From: an uncultured Anaerolineae bacterium
Lineage (GTDB): Bacteria; Chloroflexota; Anaerolineae; Fen-1058
Length of the DNA: 37,745 nt
NCBI GenBank assembly: GCA_964354595.1
Contig: CAYHAR010000005.1
Coordinates: forward strand, 1 to 37,745
Direction: 5' to 3'
Below, piece by piece: positions 9,589-19,392 of the stretch (the first letter of the stretch is position 1; each line of letters starts with the position of its first letter). The notes under the pieces were generated by a model. The model was not told the origin of the DNA and ran no database searches. It was given only the letters and a program-made list of their open reading frames with translations. The translations under genes were made by a program, and so were the position numbers.

Positions 9589-9827
9589 TAAAACTGCCTC
9601 CGAGCATCATCGAGTTGATCTGATATAGGCTTGCGCGCATGCCATTGAAGTGGCGACTGGCAAGTTTGCAGAACATCGCTAAACAATGCAACCCCTAACC
9701 CAAATGGCATCAAGATCGTCCAGTAAAAGACAGCCGTCAAGATGCGGCCCTATGCGGCACCTAGTATGGAAGATAGAACCCTCCAACGAGCCCATGCCAA
9801 CTTCATAATTGCTATCGCACTGTTCAT
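9588..9827 (-). pseudogene. SxtJ-like small membrane protein with an in-frame TAG
   Basis: MNSAIAIMKLAWARWRVLSSILGAA*GRILTAVFYWTILMPFGLGVALFSDVL...W..R...DDARRQF; TAG at 9750-9752; its TAA overlaps the carbamoyltransferase ATG. Confidence 0.8.
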
Positions 9828-9903
9828 ATTAACGGTTTCCCAGATTGAGGAATTCAGAGATCATCCAGTTTTCGAGCATTCCGGCGAACCAGATATCGGT
9901 ATT

Positions 9904-10800
9904 CTATGGCGCCCGGAGGTCGGCCCGCCAACCATCCAGCCAGCCTCCAATGAGTGGCCGTATCAATGCTGTGTCTCGCAAAGCTACATCGCGGATTGCC
10001 ACCCGTAATGCGCGCAAGGCTGTAAACATCAACATGACCGGCACCTGCCAACCTCGCGAGTACTTGCGATAAAAGGTTACCTGGTTGCGCGTCCGCAGGT
10101 AACGTGACGTCGGCTTGTCGCGGTTGGCCGATAAAGAGACCTTGTGCCACATTCTGGCATGCGGCGCACAAGCCAGATGGAATCCCTTGGAACGCGCGCG
10201 CCAGCAAAAGTCTGAATCTTCGCCATACATGAAGAAATCAGTGTTAAAGAGTCCCACTTGCTCAAAGACCGCTCGTTTCACCATCATTCCGCAGCCGCTG
10301 ACCAAGTCTACAGGCAGCAATGCGGGGAACTGTCCACGATCGCGAGCTCCACGGGCGATACTTGACGACAACGGCAAGCCGGGTATCAAGCGATCCCCTA
10401 GGTACCAGATACGATCAGGATCATCATGATACAAGATCATCGGTGCAATGATCCCTAGTCGATCATCTAAACTGGACACACGCTCCAGCTCAGCTACAAA
10501 GCCAGAGTCCACTCGCGTGTCGTTATTCAAAAGGAGCATCCAAGCAGCATTCTCTGCCAACGCGCGTTCTATACCAAGATTGGTCCCGCCTGCAAAGCCC
10601 AGGTTCGTTTCACTTACTACCAGCTTGATGGCCGGGCCAAATGTGTCCATTATTGCCTGCGCTGATCCATCTGTTGACCCATTGTCTACCACGATCACTT
10701 GGCCGGCAAGCGCGCCAGAAGACAGCACAGATTCGACACAAATCAACGTATCGTCCGGCAGGTTCCAGTTGACAATGACGGTATACAATGACGGGAACAT
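9904..10800 (-). CDS. GT2 glycosyltransferase
   Basis: VIVNWN, VVDNGSTDGS, NLGFAGG.N, LLNND, FFMYGEDSD, H-K-V-S. Confidence 0.92.
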   Translation of the reverse strand: MFPSLYTVIVNWNLPDDTLICVESVLSSGALAGQVIVVDNGSTDGSAQAIMDTFGPAIKLVVSETNLGFAGGTNLGIERALAENAAWMLLLNNDTRVDSGFVAELERVSSLDDRLGIIAPMILYHDDPDRIWYLGDRLIPGLPLSSSIARGARDRGQFPALLPVDLVSGCGMMVKRAVFEQVGLFNTDFFMYGEDSDFCWRARSKGFHLACAPHARMWHKVSLSANRDKPTSRYLRTRNQVTFYRKYSRGWQVPVMLMFTALRALRVAIRDVALRDTALIRPLIGGWLDGWRADLRAP

Positions 10801-10844
10801 GGCTGTACTTTCCCTTGGTTCGCGTCCCGCGCAATAGCGACGGG

Positions 10845-10853
10845 ATTATACCA
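10845..10853 (-). promoter_or_regulatory. Extended -10 promoter driving the leftward GT2-sxtJIK operon
   Basis: Minus strand TGGTATAAT; no clear -35. Confidence 0.55.
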
Positions 10854-10870
10854 CAATCGTGTGGCCTTAC

Positions 10871-10899
10871 TTGCCCTCCTAGTTGGTCAGGTTTATAAT
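10871..10899 (+). promoter_or_regulatory. Sigma70 promoter for the plus-strand GT4 (probably leaderless)
   Basis: TTGCCC, 17-nt spacer, TATAAT; only 8 nt separate it from ATG 10908. Confidence 0.6.
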
Positions 10900-10907
10900 C
10901 CGATGCA

Positions 10908-11990
10908 ATGCGTATCTTGTTTGCCTGTGGGCGAGAGCCCACTTATCCTCGCAACGACGTTTTGCTTCGCGCACTTGGCCGCCTCGGTGCTGTCGAGACC
11001 GTCACTGACTCTCAGCCAGGATCACTAGTCTTGCGCAGTCTGCGGATCCTTATGCGGCTGTTACCTCGGCTTGCCCGTCAATACGATCTGGCCTTTGTCG
11101 GATTCTATGGATACTTGCTCATGCTGCCAGTGGGCGCTCTTTCGCGCCGTCCCATTCTGTTCGATGCATTTGTATCCAATTACGACACGCTATGCTTCGA
11201 CCGAGCGCGTTTTTTGCCAAATTCCCTGCCCGGCCACCTAGCGTTTTGGTTGGACCGAACGACATGTCAACGGGCTGACCGAGTTCTGCTCGATACGACG
11301 CTACACGCAGATTATTTCGCCAAGACCTTTGGCTTGCCACCCTCCAAATTTCACGTGCTGCCAGTAGGTTGTAACGAAGATCTGTTCCATCCCCACCCCT
11401 TGTCTGTTTCTCCTGACGGCATGACACGTGTGTTGTACTATAGCAGCTATCTTCCGCTTCACGGTGTGGAGACGGTGGTCCACGCTGCCACTCTGCTCCA
11501 GTCAGAATCTCGCATTCACTTTCGACTGATCGGCCATGGTCAGGAGTATACTGCCGTCCGCGAATTGGCAGCCGATCTGAAAAATGTCACATTCGTGCCG
11601 CCTTGCCCGCTCGACGCATTGCCGGCCGAGATTGCTTCCGCCGATATCTGCCTGGGAGGGCACTGGGGCCGCAGCGCCAAAGGCGGGCGTGTCGTTCCTG
11701 GCAAGGTCTATCAGATGCTCGCCATGGCCCGCCCGGTGATTGCTGCTGACACAGCCGCCAACCAAACACTACTTTCTCACCAAGTGACAGCTTACCTATG
11801 CCCTCCGAATGAGCCAGAAGCATTGGCCGCAGCCATCCTTAGACTTCACAACGACGTCGAACTGCGCAATTATCTGGCGGCTAATGGTCGGAATCTTTAC
11901 GCTACTCGATGCAGCGAGGCTGTTATTACCGAGCGTCTTGGAGTTCTTGTGCACGAGATGATCGACCAGGATACGTTAGGCAAGGCCTGA
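10908..11990 (+). CDS. GT4 glycosyltransferase
   Basis: MRILF, 'YLPLHGVETVV', 'GKVYQMLAMARPVI', 'PPNEPEALAAAI'; the only plus-strand gene. Confidence 0.88.
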   Translation: MRILFACGREPTYPRNDVLLRALGRLGAVETVTDSQPGSLVLRSLRILMRLLPRLARQYDLAFVGFYGYLLMLPVGALSRRPILFDAFVSNYDTLCFDRARFLPNSLPGHLAFWLDRTTCQRADRVLLDTTLHADYFAKTFGLPPSKFHVLPVGCNEDLFHPHPLSVSPDGMTRVLYYSSYLPLHGVETVVHAATLLQSESRIHFRLIGHGQEYTAVRELAADLKNVTFVPPCPLDALPAEIASADICLGGHWGRSAKGGRVVPGKVYQMLAMARPVIAADTAANQTLLSHQVTAYLCPPNEPEALAAAILRLHNDVELRNYLAANGRNLYATRCSEAVITERLGVLVHEMIDQDTLGKA

Positions 11991-12028
11991 TTCAGTTGGG
12001 TCATGCTCAGAGTGCAAGCATCCTGCTA

Positions 12029-13111
12029 CTAGAACAAACTATTCAGGGCGCTTTCAAAACGATCTACGGCCGCATCCCAAGTAAAACGTGCTGCTACCGG
12101 AGGGCCTTTGACCCGCAAACGTTCGGCTAACGCCGTGTCGGTCAGCACTCGAATCATGGCCTGTGCCAAGGCCATCGGGTCATGTGGAGGCACCATCAGA
12201 CAATTATCTTCATCACGGGCGTACTCGTATGCCCCTCGTGTCGCCGTCAAGACTACCGGCGCGCCACAAGCCATCGCTTCTAGCGGCGGCAATCCGAAAG
12301 ACTCGAGCCACGAAGCTGAGACGAATAGATCACAGGTTGCATAGAGCCGTGCCAGTTCAACCCGCGTAGGCCGATAAATGTATTCATACGGCACATCCGT
12401 CTCAATCTGGCAATCTTCCTTGGAGACAATCAATAGTTTAATATCTTTCGCAATTTCATAAACTTGGGCTGCAGCCTGCAGAAAGTCGAACCACCCTTTG
12501 CGCGGACGCATATCGCCCAAATACAAAATGGTTCGCCGGTTGTCCAACTTGGGGCGTGCCTCGGGTGGCAAGGGATGGAAAAGCTCTGCATGGCTCAGCC
12601 CCTCACCAACCACTACTATTCTGCCAGGAGAATCAGTATTCAACTCCTGCCGCGAAAGATCTGACACCACCAGAGCAAGATCATGCCACCGCAAGGCATG
12701 GCGCAGCAACCATTCTTCGTAGGGCCGACCGGCGAACATCTCACGGTTGTCCTGATACAACCACACCAGTCGGCATCTTTTCAACAGGCGGGCCGCTAGG
12801 AAGCCCGCTACCGTTGTGGATGTGTGTGTGGAAATAACCACATGTGAAGGAGGTACTACCCGGGCCAGTGACCACGTGAGTAGAATCATATGCAAAATAC
12901 TCATTTGTGACTTGCGTGCTACACGGCTTTCCCACACGCTCACGCCAGTGCGCACCTCTTGCAACATATCAGGGTCAGAAGTGCCACCGGGCGTGATGAG
13001 AGTGACCCGGTGCCCTCTGGCGGTTAGGCGATTGGCGTATTCCACGATAACCCGCACGCCACCGTTAAGCCACAGAGACGACATAACAAAACTGATATAC
13101 ACGACTGTCAC
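12029..13111 (-). CDS. GT4 glycosyltransferase
   Basis: GGVRVIVEYANRL, RPRKG, ESFGLPPLEAMACG. Confidence 0.92.
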   Translation of the reverse strand: MTVVYISFVMSSLWLNGGVRVIVEYANRLTARGHRVTLITPGGTSDPDMLQEVRTGVSVWESRVARKSQMSILHMILLTWSLARVVPPSHVVISTHTSTTVAGFLAARLLKRCRLVWLYQDNREMFAGRPYEEWLLRHALRWHDLALVVSDLSRQELNTDSPGRIVVVGEGLSHAELFHPLPPEARPKLDNRRTILYLGDMRPRKGWFDFLQAAAQVYEIAKDIKLLIVSKEDCQIETDVPYEYIYRPTRVELARLYATCDLFVSASWLESFGLPPLEAMACGAPVVLTATRGAYEYARDEDNCLMVPPHDPMALAQAMIRVLTDTALAERLRVKGPPVAARFTWDAAVDRFESALNSLF

Positions 13112-15879
13112 TCCATCACATTTAGACAGATTGTCGTATCAGGGGTCGCATTGTGCAAAACCAGTTCATCTTGCATCCACTCCCAATCAAACTGCATGCG
13201 CTCGCCTGCATCGAACACGTTTGCCGGTCTGCTTCCTAGATTGACTTGCGTGCGCGTGCCACCTTCGAAGCATACTTGCCGGCTCCGGTTCTGTTGCAGC
13301 ACGAGAACCCAGCGGCCATCGGTAGCTGCGTCTTGCGTTTGCAGCCATTGCGCCGAGTCATTCTGCAAGAGAATCAAACTCTTGTCCTTGTCTGTCAATC
13401 TGATCTGCCAGCCGCCGGGCAAGCTTTGCGCTTCATACTGTGCGGAAGCCCACTGCCCCAACAAAAACACTGTCGCCAAATGAAGCTGCCCTGGCACAGG
13501 GGAATGATACATTACATTCCAGTTGGGCAGTCCAAGGTCGCCCTTGTCACTCTCTGCCCCAATGGGCTCAATGCTTGTACTCTGCCAGGCCTCTAGAGGT
13601 AGGATCATCCTCACTGGCAAAGGGCTCTCGCGCAGCCACATGCTATTGCCGTCACGACGTCCCTCACCCACCAGATGCCAGGCAATCGCCGGCTGCCCAC
13701 TGCCCTGGGCTGAATCTATCACGATGACAGGGCCTTGGGGGACAAAATAGACAGCGCGCGTATGTGACCAACTTCGCCAGTCGTTAATCGCCGTTCGACT
13801 GAAATCCAATGCGCCGAGCGTCTCAAACCTCTCAACCTGCGCATAGGGCGGCGGATCCTGCGACCACGCGTTGCCAACGCCGGTCAAAATCTGGAGGACG
13901 CGTGCCATACCGGACTGTGGAATCAACAAGCCATTGAGATTCTCGCGCGGCACGCGCTTATCGCGGAATGCAGCACGTCCGCGCGGTAGCCAGCCAATCG
14001 GCTGGTCGGTTGACTGCTCAACAACTATTGGGCCATTCTCATACAGGAGGGTCACCGTGTTTGTTGCCTTATAGCGATGCCACCCAGTGAACCGTAGGTT
14101 AAGCAACAAGTAGGCCGCTTCTGGCGACCAGCTATCTCGGAACACCACCTTATCTGGTGCCAGCGGCCCCGACTGATTGGGGAGGCCGGAATCGCCATAC
14201 AGCAAACAAGAGCCTTCAAGTGGAGAAGCGCCCGACAGCGGGATCGGTACCTCGATTCCAGGCTGCGCTGGCATGAAACCATCACGCTGCTCCAAATCAG
14301 AAAGCGCCCGCTCTGTCAGCCACACGTAACGTGCGTCAGATAGCAATCGTGCCCCTAGGTAGCTGATACCCGCCAACGATAGCCGACTGGGGTGATTATA
14401 CGTCAAGGCCGATCCATCAGGCAGAGCCTGCAAGAGTAACCACTCGAAAGAAAGCCGACGGTTGCGCTTGACTATTTCTGGTTCACCTCCCGTGCTTTGA
14501 TCGTAACCGAATTGGAAAAGAGCATTACTGATCCATTCAGGTTGATAGATGTAGGCATCATCTGTGTTTCGAAATCGCGCTGCCCACCCTCGCACATATC
14601 GGCGCAAGTAATCGCGATTCGCCTCCGATAGCTCTGGTGCACCCAGCCTCTCCTGCTCAAGCATAGCCAACAGCCCGGCCCCGTTTTCTTGGTTTTCGTA
14701 AGGGCCCTCCGGCCATTTTGAGAAGGCCAGGGCATACATCCAGTCCACCCATTCCACAGCCAAAGCACGGCGATTGACAGCAGCAAACCACATCTGCAAT
14801 GTGCTCCAATCTTGATCGGTAAATAAACCCGGAAAAGCTGCCCGAACACGGGGCGCATAATATGCTCCCAGGGCTGCCTCATGTTGCGTAGACTTGACAC
14901 TGTTGGCCGGCCCGGTGAATCGGCCCGCTCGCGCTTCGGCCAAAATTGCATCGCGAAACACTTCGGCCCAGCACTGCTGGTGCGTGCCCAGCGCCAACAG
15001 TGCAAATTCTGAGGGGCGCTTGTAAGGGTTTGCTTCGACGCGCGCCAAAAGCTGCCGATACACATCCACACCAGAAGGCTGCTGGGGATCAGCCGCAACT
15101 TGGCCGCACACGAATGGAGTGGTTTCTGTGATTCCGGGATAGGCGGGAGCCTCTGAAGTATAAAAACTATGCTGGTAAGCCACAAGGCCCCAGACGCCCA
15201 ACCCAATCATCATGCTGGTCAGGCCACCAATAATCACCAAGCTCGTCTCGCACGTTGGCCTGTCAATAATGTTTTCCGTTTTCACCCGGCGACGGTCCAG
15301 GTAACTCTGCCCGGACAAGAACAACAAACAAAAAACTACCAGAGCGATGCCCTGCACAAACACAAAGAATTCTTCATCTGAAAAGCGACCCTCGATTTGG
15401 CTGAGAATGATAGGCAGAAATCCACCGGCCCCGGCCAGGATCAATCGAGCTATCCAGCGTCCTACACGATTGCAAACCAGGGCTGCGACAACAGTCCGAT
15501 CCAGCCAAGCCAGCGACACGTACATCACAACGAGCGATAGCCAAGCTGCCCACGTGTGTTGGCTGAACGCATACCACGTACTGCTCGCTGCAAGGCCGAG
15601 GATCAGCCCGAGGGCTTGCCACGACCATCTATGCCAGCCGGAGCAACAGACGATTTCGCACAGTGCCAAAAGCCCAACGACGAAACTCACTGACCATAGC
15701 AAGCGGAGCACCAAATCGCCAGTGACGGACGGTGTGCTGGCGACTTGCACTATCCCCAGATAGCTGACCAGGCAAAACCATACCCCGATTCTATCTGCGA
15801 TCGCTCCAAACGCGATATTGCTGGCTTGCTGACTTGCCGGTTTATTGATCTCTACCCTCCGCCTGCCACAGATGAACAC
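13108..15879 (-). CDS. Polytopic membrane protein with extracellular heparinase II/III-like (alpha-toroid plus beta-sandwich) region
   Basis: About 7 N-terminal TM helices; 'VFRDSWSPEAAYLLLN...GWH...N.VTL..NG' and 'HTRAVYFV...VIVID' resemble Hepar_II_III. Start uncertain. Confidence 0.6.
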   Translation of the reverse strand: MFICGRRRVEINKPASQQASNIAFGAIADRIGVWFCLVSYLGIVQVASTPSVTGDLVLRLLWSVSFVVGLLALCEIVCCSGWHRWSWQALGLILGLAASSTWYAFSQHTWAAWLSLVVMYVSLAWLDRTVVAALVCNRVGRWIARLILAGAGGFLPIILSQIEGRFSDEEFFVFVQGIALVVFCLLFLSGQSYLDRRRVKTENIIDRPTCETSLVIIGGLTSMMIGLGVWGLVAYQHSFYTSEAPAYPGITETTPFVCGQVAADPQQPSGVDVYRQLLARVEANPYKRPSEFALLALGTHQQCWAEVFRDAILAEARAGRFTGPANSVKSTQHEAALGAYYAPRVRAAFPGLFTDQDWSTLQMWFAAVNRRALAVEWVDWMYALAFSKWPEGPYENQENGAGLLAMLEQERLGAPELSEANRDYLRRYVRGWAARFRNTDDAYIYQPEWISNALFQFGYDQSTGGEPEIVKRNRRLSFEWLLLQALPDGSALTYNHPSRLSLAGISYLGARLLSDARYVWLTERALSDLEQRDGFMPAQPGIEVPIPLSGASPLEGSCLLYGDSGLPNQSGPLAPDKVVFRDSWSPEAAYLLLNLRFTGWHRYKATNTVTLLYENGPIVVEQSTDQPIGWLPRGRAAFRDKRVPRENLNGLLIPQSGMARVLQILTGVGNAWSQDPPPYAQVERFETLGALDFSRTAINDWRSWSHTRAVYFVPQGPVIVIDSAQGSGQPAIAWHLVGEGRRDGNSMWLRESPLPVRMILPLEAWQSTSIEPIGAESDKGDLGLPNWNVMYHSPVPGQLHLATVFLLGQWASAQYEAQSLPGGWQIRLTDKDKSLILLQNDSAQWLQTQDAATDGRWVLVLQQNRSRQVCFEGGTRTQVNLGSRPANVFDAGERMQFDWEWMQDELVLHNATPDTTICLNVME

Positions 15880-18365
15880 ACAGAAACATCAAACGCAAAC
15901 ACGCCCACTTTGTCTTGCCGATACAGTAGCTTGAATTGCGGGGACGACTCTAAACTCGCAAGAGGCAACATGGGTTCCGGCGGCGGCAACGCGATCCGCC
16001 CTTGTCCCTGGCCCACGTAGACATGCGTGATACTGTGCTGGCACAGCAGCCGCATCCCCTCCGGCGATGTGACCCCAACCTGCCTGAGTTGCGCCACCAG
16101 ATCGGTCACAGCTTTATCATAGCCCGGTTGATAGGGCTTTTCATTCAGCAGCGCATATTGAGGCGGCATTGTGTTTTGCCGACCAGCCAACAGCGGAATC
16201 CACCATCCCGCATCCGATCCAACCACCGACCGACCATCATAGATCAAAAAGCCATCCACGAGAAAGCGAGCATCGCCCGGCGTATTGGCGCGAAGCCAAT
16301 CCATCGCTACCAAGTCAGCCGGAGCCACCAGGCGATACGACGGGTTTATGACTGCGCTGCGCTCCTTGGCGCCCCACGCTGCCAGGCCAATCAGCCCTAC
16401 GACCGCGGCCACTTTTCCCCACTGACGCAAACGCCCCAGATGCTCCAGCGCCGAGTCCAGCATATAACCACCCAATAGCCCGACGGGGATGTACAGACTG
16501 ATCATGATGGCAAAGCTTGCCATGTGGTTCGACCCCGGCAACCTGATGAGCCGCGTTGCCGTCAGTGCCGCCAATCCCGCAACCCACAAACCAATTGTCG
16601 CCACCGCGGCACGCTGCCGGCGCCGAGCCACGCCCCAGATCAGGCCGGCGACAGCCAATGCCATGAGAGCGACGGGAATGTAATGGGCAATGTCACGCCA
16701 TTGCCCATATTCGCGCAAAACCTGATCCAGCGTAGAGCCGTTGGTAACCCCGGCTTCAATCGTCGCGGCCAGACTGCCGCCTGCGATGTGCATCAGCCAC
16801 GGCACGATCAGCGCCAGCATTACCAGGCCCGTCACAATCAACCAAGCTGCCCACCTGATCCACGATCTCCAATCTAGTCTCCATCGCGGCAGACCGATTG
16901 CCAAAAGCCACGCAACGACGAATGCCGCGTAATAATGCGGCATTCGGTAGTACGATAAAAACATACCCGCCAGCGCCATGGCCGTGAGTAGCATTACGCG
17001 CCATCTCTGTTTCGCTTCTGCTTCGGCTAGCTCCCAGGTCAACCAGGCTGCGACCGGCAACACGGCTTGTCCTGCCAGTTGGGAATAACGTCCCCAATTC
17101 ACGTATTCCATCGGCAAAGGTGAAAGCAATCCGGCCACGAGCAGCGCGCCAATTCCCGCCCACCGGCTTATAGTCAAACGGCAGGCCAGCGGAACGAGGA
17201 CGAGGATGGCAAGGAAATTGATCATCTGCCCGGCTACCAATGTGTTGCGCGGGATAGCATTGCCCATTAGCCAATGCACAGCGGCGATGTCGCTGTGAAA
17301 TCCAAAATGAACCGTGAGTGTCCGAAAAGGAGTATACGGCAGCCACGAGTCGAACAGACCGCCGTGATCTACCATCAACTGACCGATGACTGCGTGCTGA
17401 ACTGAATCGCCCCAAAATGGAACTTGATAGCCACGGATGACGAACAGCCGCACTCCCAAGACCAACAACATAACCAACGCCAAAAGCGCGTCGGAGAGGA
17501 ACGCTTCGGAATGCATCCACCGTCCAAACGCGGCATGCGCCGCGGCGGGCGAAATGTGGATCACGCGACGATTGCGCCACCCTAGAGCGAGGGCGGATAC
17601 TGCCACCGGTCCCCACGCGGCTGCCACTCCCAATTGCGCGCCAATCACGCGCGCCCACAGCAATACGAGCGGATAGACGCACAGACTGAGGCCAGCAGAC
17701 AAACCCAGCATCTCGCCCCAGGTGAGTTTTCTTCCCGGCAACAGATACGTCAGCAGCGCCCAACCCGGCAGTATGAACAACGCCAGCATTACCAACAGAA
17801 CTTGCACGTCGGACAACGTATCCAGCAATACATTGGCGACTAACTCTCCCCACGCGTAATGAAGCTGAAAGGTCAGTTGCCTATCGCGCGGCTGGCCCGA
17901 CCGATACATCGCCCCATCGTCATAGGTCGGCCCAAGGCCACGCCCCACCGTGAGCGAGCTGCCTTCAGGCAATCCCTGCGCTTCAATCAGAAAATAGTAT
18001 CGCCTGGCGTGGGTGTCGTGGATCGGGGGAAACGAGAAAGTGTAAAAGCCGGGGCCAGAAACTCTGACCAGAGGCAGGCTTGCCTGAGCAACATCCCGTT
18101 CCGAGGTAGGATCAGTGCGGAGATGCAAAATGGCAACGCCATCGCCGGCGTTGCCATCTACCGCAGCCAATACACTGATGCCATTCAAGCCCCCGTGCCA
18201 TGCCACAAAAGTCTGTCCCACATTTTGCGTGGCGGTTACCGGGCTGCCTAGACCCAGGGAATTGTTCGGCTGTGTGGCATCCACAAAATCGGAGCAGCCG
18301 CTGGCCCACAACGCGATCAGCGCCAACAGAGGCAACAACCCAAAACGGCGATTGAACACTGCCAC
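15852..18365 (-). CDS. Large GT-C-like polytopic membrane protein with N-terminal lipobox-bearing extracellular domain
   Basis: Signal peptide with WASGC; more than 10 TM helices; loop 'WGDSVQH', 'WGRYSQL'; C-terminal 'AMDWLRANTP.DARFL' and 'ITHVY' as in GT-C soluble domains. Confidence 0.7.
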   Translation of the reverse strand: MAVFNRRFGLLPLLALIALWASGCSDFVDATQPNNSLGLGSPVTATQNVGQTFVAWHGGLNGISVLAAVDGNAGDGVAILHLRTDPTSERDVAQASLPLVRVSGPGFYTFSFPPIHDTHARRYYFLIEAQGLPEGSSLTVGRGLGPTYDDGAMYRSGQPRDRQLTFQLHYAWGELVANVLLDTLSDVQVLLVMLALFILPGWALLTYLLPGRKLTWGEMLGLSAGLSLCVYPLVLLWARVIGAQLGVAAAWGPVAVSALALGWRNRRVIHISPAAAHAAFGRWMHSEAFLSDALLALVMLLVLGVRLFVIRGYQVPFWGDSVQHAVIGQLMVDHGGLFDSWLPYTPFRTLTVHFGFHSDIAAVHWLMGNAIPRNTLVAGQMINFLAILVLVPLACRLTISRWAGIGALLVAGLLSPLPMEYVNWGRYSQLAGQAVLPVAAWLTWELAEAEAKQRWRVMLLTAMALAGMFLSYYRMPHYYAAFVVAWLLAIGLPRWRLDWRSWIRWAAWLIVTGLVMLALIVPWLMHIAGGSLAATIEAGVTNGSTLDQVLREYGQWRDIAHYIPVALMALAVAGLIWGVARRRQRAAVATIGLWVAGLAALTATRLIRLPGSNHMASFAIMISLYIPVGLLGGYMLDSALEHLGRLRQWGKVAAVVGLIGLAAWGAKERSAVINPSYRLVAPADLVAMDWLRANTPGDARFLVDGFLIYDGRSVVGSDAGWWIPLLAGRQNTMPPQYALLNEKPYQPGYDKAVTDLVAQLRQVGVTSPEGMRLLCQHSITHVYVGQGQGRIALPPPEPMLPLASLESSPQFKLLYRQDKVGVFAFDVSVCSSVAGGG

Positions 18366-19352
18366 CTAGCCCTGCATCCTTGAGGATGTACCCGGTGTAT
18401 CAGCGCGCGTCCGGTCTAGTTCCATCTTGCGTACGCGATACAGCGTCTCTTCCATCATGCGCCGGTTGACGCCGACCAGGTCAGCGATCAGTCCAATCAG
18501 CGCGACCTGGACACCCAAGATAATCAGGATCGCAGCGAGAATCAACGATTGAATATGGCCGGCTGCTCCTGCACCCGTCAGATAGAAATACAGAAAGCGC
18601 AATCCCAGTGCCAGGCCGCCAGCCAGGAAAAGACTGCCAATTGCCGCAAACACGCGCAGTGGCCGGTAGGTGGCATACACCCGCACGATGGTCAAGACGG
18701 ACTTGGCGATGAATTGAGGTAGGCTCTCGATCAGCCGTGACTCGCGCGTCTTGGGGTTCACCCGCACCGGCACGTACTCTATTGCCAGCCGATGCGCGCC
18801 GGCCTGGATGAGCGTCTCGAGCGTGTACGAATACTCGCTCAACACTGTCGTCCGCAGCGCGGCCTCGCGGCTGAACGCGCGAAAGCCGCTCGTCGCGTCG
18901 GGTATGGCAAAGCCCGATGCGCATTGCACGACCCAACTGCCGAACCGCTGCAACAGGCGCTTTATCGGCGAAAAATGTTCGAGTGTTGCCACGCCCCGAT
19001 CGCCGACCACAATATCGGCCCGGCCGGCCAGGATAGGTTCCACCAACCGGGCAATGTCCGCGCCGTTATACTGATTGTCCGCATCCGTGTTCACGATAAT
19101 GTCGGCGCCCGCCAGCAGCGCCGTCTCCAACCCGGCCCGGAACGCGCGCGCCAGACCAACGTGCTGAGGGAAGGAATAGACGTGGTGAACGCCCTCCTCG
19201 CGCGCCACCTCGACCGTCCGATCGTGGCTGCCGTCGTCAATCACCAACAGCTCGACCTCGTCTATCCTTGGCAATTCGCGCGGCAAATCGCCGAGGGTGA
19301 CGGGAAGCGTGGCTTCTTCGTTATAGCAGGGGATCTGGATGATTAACTTCAT
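18366..19352 (-). CDS. GT2 polyprenol-phosphate glycosyltransferase (DPM1/GtrB-like)
   Basis: [28 protein letters not shown], two C-terminal TM helices; start revised to ATG 19352. Confidence 0.88.
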   Translation of the reverse strand: MKLIIQIPCYNEEATLPVTLGDLPRELPRIDEVELLVIDDGSHDRTVEVAREEGVHHVYSFPQHVGLARAFRAGLETALLAGADIIVNTDADNQYNGADIARLVEPILAGRADIVVGDRGVATLEHFSPIKRLLQRFGSWVVQCASGFAIPDATSGFRAFSREAALRTTVLSEYSYTLETLIQAGAHRLAIEYVPVRVNPKTRESRLIESLPQFIAKSVLTIVRVYATYRPLRVFAAIGSLFLAGGLALGLRFLYFYLTGAGAAGHIQSLILAAILIILGVQVALIGLIADLVGVNRRMMEETLYRVRKMELDRTRADTPGTSSRMQG

Positions 19353-19392
19353 GGTAGACAGCAAGAGGTGCCCATCTCAACGTGCGAGGGAG

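Noticed and set aside
9750-9752. Alternative genetic code or pyrrolysine readthrough
   Set aside because: TAG is the normal stop for many genes here, and the neighbouring gene is also broken.
7443-9827. Saxitoxin biosynthesis cluster
   Set aside because: Only sxtI/J/K-like genes are present; no sxtA, sxtG or other core genes, and the context is glycan synthesis.
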